Shown: in pieces, positions 1 to 10,104 of the stretch
How the letters are laid out: each line of letters starts with the position of its first letter
Position numbering within the stretch: position 1 is the first letter of the stretch
DNA from: Craspedostauros australis
Lineage: Eukaryota
Reading direction: 5' to 3'
Length of the DNA: 20,000 nucleotides
NCBI GenBank assembly: GCA_030167865.1
Contig: JALAGF010004801.1
Span: 119,831 to 139,830 of the forward strand
The notes under the pieces: generated by a model
Database searches by the model: none
What the model saw: the letters and a program-made list of their open reading frames with translations, nothing else
What the model was told of the DNA's origin: nothing
Position numbers and translations under genes: made by a program

Positions 1-2087
1 TCTGCAAGTCTACCGGGATTTGTTGATTGCTGGAGAGACAGAGAGATGGAGATAGAGAGACTTCACTCGCTGGAAGTGAAGCAATAAAGACAATGCAAGA
101 GAGGCAGCAAATAAAGTATATTGTTGTCATGGCTGTAGCAGTTCCAAGTCCTTTGACCGCGATGCGCACTACTATACTATGGAGAGTAAGGTCAGATCAG
201 TTGTGAATCAACCTCTATCCGACTTTGGCCGGAGCACGTGGAGGTCATTCCAATACTCTCATGTGCGTGTCCATTTCGAAACCAGCCACGTCTGCGATCC
301 GCGAATGGCCAACAGAAAATGAAGGAGTGAAGCGTGGGTACTCAACGGCCGCATTGTTGTTATCGGCACGAGCATCTCTTTTGAAGCCACATGCCGAAAA
401 AGTAGGTCGAAGATTGTGCAAAGCCCACCGGAATGGTGCTACACTTGGATTGATGGAGATGTTATCAATGCTTCAATCAATAGTGCCGCAAGCATCATGC
501 ACCACCCAACTTGTTGTTGCTTAAGTTCGAGTTCGCCGCCGAGTTGTTGCTTCGAACCACATCTCTCTCTAGATAGATCCGACCAGGCTATCTACGACAA
601 TGTTTGCTTTTGTGCTGTTGGCGCACGCCAGCAAGGCAAGACCAGCGCGCAGGCATGGATTTTACATCCGTTGAAACAAGATCCCACGCGTCGGTTGATA
701 AGTCCGTGAGTTAAATATCGGGTGGTCAACCGCCAAGTGTCGGTTGAAGCGTCTAACTAATTTAGTACATAGGGGCGCCGTGGCGCTCTTTTCGGCAAGT
801 TGGACAGTGAAGAGCACCAACCAAGGTCCGCATGGACATTGTACGGCAGCAACGTCGTTTGCGGTCGCCACGGGAAAGAATCGGGATGGAGCGTTCCACA
901 CAAACGATGGCGACCTCCGCTCTTCCTTTGCCACACATCTCACATCGAACAACCACTGTGCAGAGACGGGAGACAGCCACCAACACGACACCAACAAGGA
1001 GAGCACCAACGAAGGCCACAAAATAGACTGCTTGATTCATCCATCCGACCATCCATTCGTCGTTGCAATTGACTGCTGAAAGGCCGTGAAAGACAGAAGG
1101 AAACGGCAGCACTTGCATTGAGACAGAGAGGAGCAGGGGTACGACTGCGAACATTGATCGAAGGAGCATGACAGGTAAGGCAATTCAATGCAACGCAAAG
1201 GGACGCACAGAGGCAACAACACGGGCTGATTCGAGGCACCGGCGATGATAATTGCATGGGAGCACGATGCCAACAGCACGGACAACAACAAGGACAATCA
1301 CAGAAACGGCGACGACGTTGCTAAAAACGGAGACGGCGACAATGAGAAGGGGCCATTTCGGCGGCATCCATTCCGCATCATGAACCCGAAACGGTCCGCG
1401 TCAGGCATCCATCAACGCAACAAGCACAATTCACCCTGGAGCCTCACATGACGACAGCGTCGACATGAGGTGACAACACCCGAGAGATGCATCTCTCCCG
1501 ACACGACGAAATTCCAGGAGAGACAAGGCGAACAATTCCTCGTGCGATCACATCCGAACACCTCGAATTTTTGTGATGGAGACTTGGCGCCCACAATCAA
1601 TTCCGAAAGTATCATCCAGAAATTTATCGGCCACCGCTCTCGGAACAACAGGGGAGGAACAGAAAGAGTCTCCCGTCGATGTGATTGTGCCTCTCCGCAA
1701 GGCCAACGGTCCGAAGCCAAGCAACAAGGCGAGATGCCAGTTAGTCTTGCTTTCGAACATCACCCTTCGTTGATCACCGGAAAGAAGAGAAGAGGATGTC
1801 TCCAACGCGAAAGAAGGCATCAAGCAAAGCCAAACCGTTCTTGAATTCCGCATCAGCGACAACAACCAAGAGAGACGACGAAGCCCTGCGTTACGATCGC
1901 CCAGATCAACCTGATGCTTGTACCAATACTCACTCGTTCTCTGTTCTCCTCCTCGCCACCATCTCTGGGTCCGTTACACATCGACCACGACTGCTCTCAA
2001 TCCCCACACTCGCGATCATCCATACTCGCACCCCACAACCACAACCCATGAACGCGACTGGACAACTTCGCTGACGATCATCTCTGG

Positions 2088-3867
2088 ATGCGAACTGACA
2101 CAACCTGCGCCTCTGCAACTCTGGCGTCATCAACTGCTCCTGGCTTCCCCCGTCCTCTGTCCACTTCCACCTTGGGAACTTTAACTGTCGCCACCGAATC
2201 GCATGATCAAACTCGCACCACACTCGAACAACGACAACCGACAGGCATCGAACCAATCCGCATCCAGCAGCAGCCGCAGCAGCATTCACAGCAGAACAGC
2301 AGGTCGGTCCGAGTGGCATACCGCGAGGCGGGACCATTGCAGGACACATCGGCGTCAGCACTGTCGCAACCAAAGGACGTGAGGATCATCAAAGTGCGAA
2401 AGTCGCCTTCCAGACGGCACCGCGTCCACCCCGCCGCGGTCTCGGCACGCGGTCAGCAGCGCGCGCAGAGTCGTCGACAGATGGACGGAAGAAGCAATGG
2501 CGTCGAGCAACCAAAGAGTCGTCGCAACAGCAAAACGAGGGGCTTGAGAGTTGAGACATGCCCGGCTCCTCAAGACGAACGTGCGCAGTCGCAGACACCG
2601 CGTTCGGATCTCACCACAACACCGAGGACGCCAGCCAATGTGAGGGGATCGTCTGATCTGCGCTCTCCGGGCGCCAACAAGACACCCGTCGCCATGGCAG
2701 CGAACCTTCCAGCCAACAACACCGCCATTCCGGATTTCATCACGCAGACGGACGCGAACGGAAATGCTACCACGCCACGCTCTGCAGGTGCGATCCAGAA
2801 GGCTGGAGGAAAGCAGGCTGGCCATCCAACATACGGCGCCACACGTCTCCCAGGAGATGAGGGCAACAACGGTGGTGGAATGTCACCATCTGGGAACGGC
2901 GGCGATGGATTGCCAGCCACAGGCAACGACGCATGCGACAGTCTCTTGGAGAGCTTCCGCATGATGTGTTGCTGTCTGGTGCCGGACTCTGTGATCAATA
3001 GCCATTCGCATGTCATCAAGGAAGCACCGACGCATGACAGCTCCGTTAGCGGGCAGATGGAGCGCCCCGCCCTCCTTGGACCAATCCACCCAGACGACAA
3101 GGGGAAAAAGTGTCTGGTGTTGGATTTGGATGAAACTTTGGTTCATTCCAGCTTCCGTGCAGTCCCCGGAGCTGACTTTGTCATTCCTGTTCAGGTACGT
3201 TCTTTCCAATTGATGCACATACTTGGACATGCGAGTGTGGAATCAGCCATCGACTTGTTTTGCACTTGGTACACTGCTTGTCGAAGCTTTCTGATGCATC
3301 ACATGTCGGACGCTGTGTGACACGCACATACGCACATACTTTATCACCAGTCATTCATCTTACACGCATTCTTTTGTTCCTTCGTTTTTGGCAACCCACT
3401 CATCACATACACATGATGCATTACAGATCGAAGATGTTGTTCACTTCGTCTACGTCATGAAGAGACCAGGCGTCGACGAGTTCCTGGTCGAGATGGCGAA
3501 GCATTACGAGATCGTCATCTACACCGCCAGTCTCAACAAGTACGCTGATCCCCTGTTGGATTTGCTCGACCCGCACAAGACCATCCGAGCGAGACTCTTC
3601 CGCGAATCCTGCGTCTTCTACGAGGGCAACTACGTCAAGGACCTCAACCTCATCGGCCGCGACCTCACGCAATCCATCATCATTGACAATTCCCCCAACT
3701 CCTACCTCTTCCATCCGGACAACGCCATTGACTGCTCCTCCTTCATCGACGATCCGAGAGACAGGGAGCTCGATCAGATCGGAGGATTCCTCAAAGACAT
3801 TAAGGATATCAAGGACGTCCGCGGGCGCTGCCATGAATGGAAGCAATGGCCAGCAGGCGACAGATGA
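2088..3867 (+). CDS. CTDSP: CTD small phosphatase-like protein (FCP1/NIF HAD family; CTDSP/SCP, yeast Psr1/Psr2-like), join(2088..3194,3427..3867), about 515 aa
   Basis: Exon 1 has KKCLVLDLDETLVHSSF (catalytic DxDxT at 3123-3137) followed by ADFVIPVQ. Splicing CAG|GTACGT (3195) to TTACAG|ATC (3426) joins it in frame to IEDVVHFVYVMKRPGVDEFL...YTASLNKYADPLLDLLD...RLFRESC...YVKDL...IIIDNSP...FIDDPRDREL, all typical of the family. The start is uncertain: in-frame ATGs at 2088, 2481 and 2694. Confidence 0.93.
3195..3426 (+). other. Spliceosomal intron (232 bp, phase 0) of the CTDSP-like gene
   Basis: GTACGT...TTACAG; removing it restores the conserved phosphatase domain in frame. Confidence 0.92.
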
Positions 3868-4277
3868 TGACTGGCCAGGAGCGCCAACATCTCCAGTCGC
3901 TCAAGGGGAAAGACAGCGTAACATGCGACAGACACACCGCGAAATATACTGCAACGAGTACAGCAGCAGAGATGAGACACTCTGGCAGACTCTGCTCGAT
4001 GCAACAACCAATTGAAATGCAATAATAAGTGATGCGACAACGTAAAACTAAACACCGTGAAGACAATGTGATAGATACTCATACTCTGGCACAGATCGTT
4101 TCCGGTGTCTGCCTTGGAGAGTGTACACATGTTCGTGCGTGCATTTGGGCACAGCGGAGCAAGTGTTTTCAGTGGATTAATTCATCCGATTCCCTATTGC
4201 TTAATTGTGTAAAGTTACTGACGTGGAGTAGACCGTCACGGACTACACTACCATGGTACCAGCGTGTGCAGACTAGC

Positions 4278-5331
4278 TCATTTCTTCATAGACTTTACGT
4301 TGATCTTCTTCTTGATGCGGGCGCCGTTGGTTGCACCCTTCTTGAGTGCAGCTGCCTGCTTCAATATCTCGTCACTCTCCTTCTCCTCCGTTGTCTTTTT
4401 CTTTTTGCGTCGGCATCCCAGAAGGTAGAGCGGGATGGACAAGATACCGAGCGGCAGCGTGATGAACACCCACCAGAGGGTGCGGAAGATGAATCTGCGG
4501 AAGATGATCGCCAGCACGAGGGCCACGACCTGAAGTGCGGTGATTGTGGATTCGCGTGGCTTCTTGCAGATATTCTGCCATGTGCCGACGAAGGACTTCG
4601 AGAGCTGAAAGTCCTGCTTCTTGGCAAGGTTCTGGGTGGTCTTCAGCACCTTGGGGCACTGCTCGCCGAAGGTTTGGACGAGTCCATCGAATTCGGCATT
4701 GACGAAATCCTTGACCGCGATCCAGACCTCGGCAACCTTGTTGTTGGTCTTCTCCAGCGCCGGGATGGCATACTCTCGGTTGTACTGATCGCCCAGGACG
4801 GCCGCCTTGCTCACCACGGGCGCAGCGTACTGATCGTAGTGCGGCTTGACGTAGGCATTGTAGTGCGGCTCGATGTTCTCCCTGAGGATCTTCTTCGACT
4901 TTTCGATGTGCGGCGAGGCCGTCTTGACGGTAACGTCGTAGGCCTGCTTGGCCTGTTCCTGTGCCGTCTTGGCAGCAGCGGAGAGCTTGACGGTTGCCTG
5001 TTCCGATGCCACGTAGGCAGTAGCGATGACGTCCTCTCCCATGTGCGTCATGTTGCAGTACGATCGCTTTGCGTGCGTCGCCTCCCAAGTTTCAATTTCC
5101 TATTTGTATTGGTATTGGCATTGGCATTTGTACGAGGGAATAGCATAGTTTCAGAGTCGTTGTCATGGTTAGATGCATGGAGCAAATGCAGAAACGGCGG
5201 CATTGGCAGGGATAGCAGGAGTGAGTGAGTTGACGAATCGTTGGGCATCGTTTTGTGCAAATTCATCACAAACAACCACCCGCCCGGTCAGCCACCGGGC
5301 CAGTTGTCGGATCCGTCGTTCGTTGGTCTCC

Positions 5332-5371
<40 letters not shown>

Positions 5372-7062
5372 ACCTCTTTCATCCGCCCAATTCTCTCTTC
5401 GAGCAACTGGCGCATGCGCTTGAGCTTTTTGTAGTCCTCGTTGATAGTTTCAAGCTTGTTCTGGCGCAACTTGAGCTCCGCGAAGGCTTCGTCCTTGAAC
5501 TTTTCAAACTGGGCCTCAATATCCGCAACGGCTTTGGCCTTTTCAAGCTTGGCATCCTTGGCGGCGCGTTCCATCTCCTTCTGCAGTTCGACGATGGAGG
5601 CGTTGTGTGATTTGGTCAGGGCATCGATCTTGGTGGAATACGATTTGACCTGATCCTCGATCTTTTCGCCCATCTTGGACTCGAGGTCTGCGATCTTTTT
5701 CTCCAGGTCCTTGACGGCGTCATCGTGGTCATCATTGAGTTTGACGATGGTGGCGTTGTGATCCTGCTTGAGCTGGTCCGCGTCGCGGTCCTTCTTCTCC
5801 AAGTCCTTCACGTGCTTGGCCTTTAGATCCGCAATGTCTTCGTCTTTCTCATCCAGGTCGTCCTTGTGCGCCTTCTTGAGATCGGCAATGTCGGTATCCT
5901 TCCTTTGCAGCTGCTTCTTGTAAGCCTCCTTAATTTCCTCAATGTCCTCATCCTTGTTCTCCAAATCCTTGACGTGGGACGCCTTGAGGGCCTCGATGGC
6001 CTCATCCTTGCGCTCGAGGTCCATCTTGTGACTTTCCACAACGGCCTCGATGTGCTCCTCATGTGCCTTCTGCAGAGCAGCCGAGGAGCTGTCCTTAGTG
6101 ACGAGATCCTTGGCGTGCTCATCCTTGAGATCAACGATGAGCTGCTCGTGGTTCTCCTTGAGAAGGTTGCTGGCCGCCTCCAATTTTTTGACGGCATCGC
6201 TGTGCTTGTCTTCCATCACCTCGATCTCATCCTTGTAGTCAGATTTGAGCTTATCCTGAGCATCGGCGGCCTGCTGCTTGGTTTCCTTGAGGAGCTTGGC
6301 AGCCTCCTCCAACGCCAGCTCGTGCTTATCCTCCAATGCATCAATCGTCTGCGCGTGCTTGGCCTCCATCTCCTCGATCTTGCGCTCGAAATCTCTCATG
6401 GTCTTCGTGAGGGTCTTGGCAGCGGTCTCCTCGCTCTGATCCAATTCCTTCTCGAGCTCGATGAGCTGCGTGCCGACGACTTTCTGCGTCTTGGCCAGCT
6501 CATCCTCGGCTTCTTCCGCCATCTTCTTCCACGTCTTCATTTCGAGCTGCGCCTCATCCCTGGCCCTGTTGGCTTTTTCCATCTTCTCGTTGGCGCGCAC
6601 GAGGGACTTGGCGAGGTAGCCGTCGCATGCGGCAGTGTCCTCGGCCGTCTCGTCCTTCGCATCAGAAACAGCATCTGGGGCAGTAGTGGCAGCACTGTCA
6701 TCTGCGGTAGTCTCCACATGGCGCGTCGTGATGGTGCCCGTCGCGGCATCATCCATGGCCTGCTGCTGCGCTGCCGCCTCAGCTGGGTTGTCGTTGGCTG
6801 CGCTGCGAGCACGGCCGCGTGCTTTGTTGACATCGTCGTCATTCTTGTTGTCACGCGAAAAGAAACCGGCATGAACAGGTGTCACGACGCAGGCAAGCAA
6901 CAGAACCAACGCAGTTAGCACGATCAGCGAACCGGCGCGTTTGGACGGTCGTCGTCGGTGCTTTTGCTGGGCCGTTTGCGCGTTCATGTTCGCACCCTCA
7001 TTCGCAGGAGCCGACCTCATCGTGAGTGATGTTGTGGCTGAGTATGGCATGTATTGTTGCAA
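4278..7062 (-). CDS. Uncharacterised long coiled-coil membrane protein with an N-terminal signal/anchor and C-terminal TM segments, complement(join(4278..5099,5374..7062)), about 836 aa
   Basis: The two long, codon-biased minus-strand ORFs (5368..7062 and 4278..5051) join in frame through GAG|GTATGA (5373) and CAAATAG|GAA (5100), giving ...RMKE|EIETWEATHAKRSYCNMTHM.... There is a hydrophobic SLIVLTALVLLLACVVTPVHA segment near the N-terminus, an E/K/A-rich helical core, two hydrophobic segments near the C-terminus and a basic tail. An alternative start lies at 6987. Confidence 0.85.
5100..5373 (-). other. Spliceosomal intron (274 bp, phase 0) of the coiled-coil gene
   Basis: Minus strand GTATGA...CAAATAG; joins the two ORFs in frame. 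Confidence 0.85.
5333..5370. repeat. (CAAT)9.5 tetranucleotide microsatellite
   Basis: Perfect caat repeats read directly from the sequence, abutting the minus-strand donor site. Confidence 0.97.
5740..6009 (-). repeat. Five degenerate 54-bp (18-aa) coding tandem repeats within the coiled-coil gene
   Basis: KDEAIEALKASHVKDLEN / KDEDIEEIKEAYKKQLQR / KDTDIADLKKAHKDDLDE / KDEDIADLKAKHVKDLEK / KDRDADQLKQDHNATIVK. Confidence 0.85.
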
Positions 7063-7700
7063 CGTATGATGGATCTTTGGGAGTGTCTATCGTTGTTGTC
7101 TTGCAAAAATGTTGCGTTTGTGATTGTGGCTGTGTTTGTGGTTGTGAGGAATCGAGATCTCGTTCAACGCGAATCGTGGGGGCCGCCAATGACCAACGAC
7201 GATCACTTCGGATGATGGTGGAGTATTTGAATTTATGTTCGCGAGGAGAGGTGATGCGCATCGTGATGACGCTGATACGTCACCTCAACCGCACTCAATT
7301 TCTCCGCGTGTAATCGAGTTAGTCGTGACTATAACATTCAAGTGTGTTGAACCTAACGCTATAATAACGGTTGTTGCGAAAGTGAAAGGGTCGAATCACG
7401 GGTGCGACTTCTCTCGTGACTGACCACATCCATCCAAAAGACGTGATTCTGGGAGACATCACGTCATGTTGATGCAATGGTCGTTGTGTGAAGTGCCAAG
7501 AGAAGAAACCATGATCGGAGGCCTCCGAAGTGCCAAGGGACCTGATGCGCAACATGCATCTCCACACATACTCATAGTACCAGCACACCCAACTGTTGTA
7601 CACCGCCCGAATAGATCAGTAACATTGTACCGTACTCATACAGTGTGCTATCACAACAGAAACCAGCGGAATACTTGTGCCATAAAAAATACGTGCAAAT

Positions 7701-8510
7701 ATGAATGCGACTGTGATCGGCCTTCTGCTTGCGTTGGCTGCCAGCGGCAGCAACCTCGTCAGGTGCTTCCAACCAACCCCGCTCGTCCCAACATCAGGAA
7801 GTACATCATCGAGGCTGTCACAAACAGCACCAGCACCACCACAGCCTATATCAACCACATCGGCGCCATTCGATTTCTCGTTGCACGCCAAAAAGAAAAA
7901 GAAGTCTTCCTCCAAATCCAAGAGCTACAGCAACAAGAAGGCCACCACCTTTGGCGGCGCCGTCCTCGAGACGTGTCCGTGCGGCAGCGAGGAGGTCTAC
8001 GGCAAATGCTGCGGCAAGATCCACACCGACGTCAACGCCTACAAATCGGCCACGGCCGAACAGATCGTGAGGGCGCGCTATTCGGCCTACGCCAAACGCC
8101 AGGTCGATTTCATCATCGCCTCGACGCATCCGCTCAACAAGAATTTCGAGACGGACATGGCGCACTGGAAGGAGACCATTAAGACCAACATGTACGACAA
8201 CTTTGAGCTGACCAAGTGCACCATCGTCGATGAGGAATATAACGATGCCGACGACAAGGCCACGGTGCGGTTCATCGCGGAGCTCGTGCAGCGCGATTCG
8301 CAGGAGCGCACGGGGTTCATGGAGGTCTCGTCCTTCGAGCGGGCCAAGACGCATGGCGGGTGGCTCTATCTGGACGGCAAGATTGAGCCTGTGCCGGGGT
8401 CGGTGCCGGTAAACGCGACCGTAGAAGTTGAGGTTGAGGATGCGGATGGGGATGCAAAAGAGGAAGTGATCACTCAAGCAGAAGGAGATGCCGTTAAGGC
8501 TGAGAAGTAA
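7701..8510 (+). CDS. ychJ: YchJ/UPF0225-family SEC-C motif protein (NTF2-like), probably plastid-targeted, 269 aa
   Basis: CPCGSEEVYGKCC (SEC-C-like metal site), TAEQIVRARYSAY, FIIASTHP, ATVRFIA and EVSSFER...GWLYLDG match YchJ motifs. The N-terminus is a signal peptide, then VRC-FQP, then an S/T-rich transit-like peptide. Single exon. Confidence 0.9.
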   Translation: MNATVIGLLLALAASGSNLVRCFQPTPLVPTSGSTSSRLSQTAPAPPQPISTTSAPFDFSLHAKKKKKSSSKSKSYSNKKATTFGGAVLETCPCGSEEVYGKCCGKIHTDVNAYKSATAEQIVRARYSAYAKRQVDFIIASTHPLNKNFETDMAHWKETIKTNMYDNFELTKCTIVDEEYNDADDKATVRFIAELVQRDSQERTGFMEVSSFERAKTHGGWLYLDGKIEPVPGSVPVNATVEVEVEDADGDAKEEVITQAEGDAVKAEK

Positions 8511-8717
8511 ACCGCCGGATACTACACGATGCGTTATTTGTGGAGTGTGTCACCATTGGTGGATACATTGTTGAAGGTGCGAGAGTGCTGGTGCGAGTAC
8601 ACGTAGCTATTATATTTGGCACATAGTCGTACCGGTGCTCGTGCATCGATCGTTGAATGCAGCCAACTTCGTTCAAATCATTTCTTCGACATCAGTTGCG
8701 ACTGTCCTTCATCCGAT

Positions 8718-8747
8718 TTCAAATTTGCGCGCCAAATCTGCGCGAAA
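8718..8747 (-). promoter_or_regulatory. Candidate E2F sites with an adjacent CHR-like element upstream of POLE3
   Basis: Minus strand TTTCGCGC (8747-8740) and TTTGGCGC (8736-8729) match TTTSSCGC, and TTTGAA follows at 8723-8718. The cluster is about 230-260 bp upstream of the POLE3 ATG. Function is inferred only. Confidence 0.4.
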
Positions 8748-8976
8748 CACAACGCGTTGACCATGGCGAAATGCGCTTCGTCGACAATTCGGGCAACGCT
8801 GAACACAAAAACACACTCGTATCCGACCTGCTCAATCGCCACGGCCATACGAGTACTATTGCTCTACTACTCGACTGCTCTACTACTCTATTGCTCTCCA
8901 AGGAGAAGGCCTCATTCTTACTCACATTGCGACATAGCCACATTCCATCACAGAATCGACGACAGCATCGGCAAAT

Positions 8977-9942
8977 ATGGCGGATCCCAAGACAGACACC
9001 GCGATGGAGGAGAACGACGCCACGACGCAGAATGACACCAACGGCGACGCGCCAGCATCCACATCAGCATCCGCAGCAGCGCAACCCAAGGAAGGCATTC
9101 CCTCCGCCGTGGAATTCGAACCACCGCTGGCCTGCGTGCGAAGGATCCTCAAGAACTCCTTGCCCAAGGCCACGGCGGTGGGCAAGGATGCCTCCTCCGC
9201 ATTCGCCAGAGCCAGCGGCATCTTCATCATCTATCTCACAGCATGCGCCAATGACTATGCGAGGGAGAATCGGAGGCAAACGATCACGGCGAACGATGTT
9301 CTAGCGGCGGTCAAGGTGAGTGAGTTGGATTGCAGTAAACGCGCCTGCATGTGCCTTGTTTGTCTTTGTTGCTGGTGCATCAATGCGAAAAGTGTGACGG
9401 AGTACGATAGAATAATACTTCATCGCAGTTCTGTTCTTTCAGTTTTGCCTCCGTCACCACCGGCTCATCACTCTATCTCGTCATCACTATCACCATCAAC
9501 AAAAACAAAACACTGCCATTCTAATGGACGATAACCCCAGGAACTGGAATTCGATGAGTTCACGCCCGAGTTGAAAGCCTTCTTGGAGCTCTACCGCGAG
9601 AATGAGAAGACCAAGAAGGAAGCCAAGCTCAAGGCGGCTACCGCCAAGAAGGAGGCCGAAGACGAAGCAGCTGCGGCGGCCGCGACCTCCAAATCAGGCG
9701 AAGAGGAGGAGAGCAAAGCAGATGCCATGGATGTGGACGCAGCCGCGGGTGACAACGACAATGAGAAAGCCCAAACGAATGAGGAAGAGGGATCCAACGT
9801 TGAAGAAGAAGACGAAGACGATGAAGCAAATGCAGATGATGCCGACGACATGGCGTCGCAGAAAGGGGAAGAAGATGATGCAGCACCCGCAAGCGCGGAC
9901 ATGGACGCTGCCGATGACGAAGGCAAAGACATGGAGCCTTGA
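8977..9942 (+). CDS. POLE3: DNA polymerase epsilon subunit 3 / CHRAC17 / Dpb4 (NF-YB-like histone fold), join(8977..9315,9541..9942), about 246 aa
   Basis: PLACVRRILKNSLP...VGKDASSAFARASGIFIIYLTACANDYARENRRQTITANDVLAAVK is spliced (AAG|GTGAGT at 9316, CCCCAG|GAA at 9540) to ELEFDEFTPELKAFLE, followed by a long acidic tail, as in POLE3. Confidence 0.92.
9316..9540 (+). other. Spliceosomal intron (225 bp, phase 0) of POLE3
   Basis: GTGAGT...CCCCAG; contains an in-frame stop, and its removal completes the histone fold's C-terminal helix. Confidence 0.92.
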
Positions 9943-10104
9943 TCATCTCATTGAATATGGTTAGTTTGGTGGTGGCTTGAACGCTCTACGATACTATTAT
10001 ACATTGGAGAACAACAACAGATGAATATGGAGCGGGAGAAGTTGAAAGCATCACTACGAGTCATCCGAATGGTGTGTTCATGGGTGCCAGCATGCCTACC
10101 ATCG

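Noticed and set aside
4278..4300. C-terminal ...KSMKK as a dilysine ER-retrieval signal
   Set aside because: It has no Lys at position -3, so it fits neither KKxx nor KxKxx.
4029..5228. 399-aa plus-strand ORF
   Set aside because: Antisense shadow of exon 2 of the coiled-coil gene. The L/V/G-rich composition is what GC3-biased codons give on the opposite strand.
5866..6918. 350-aa Leu-rich plus-strand ORF that looks like a membrane protein
   Set aside because: Reverse complement of E/K-rich codons (GAG/AAG read as CTC/CTT) in the coiled-coil gene.
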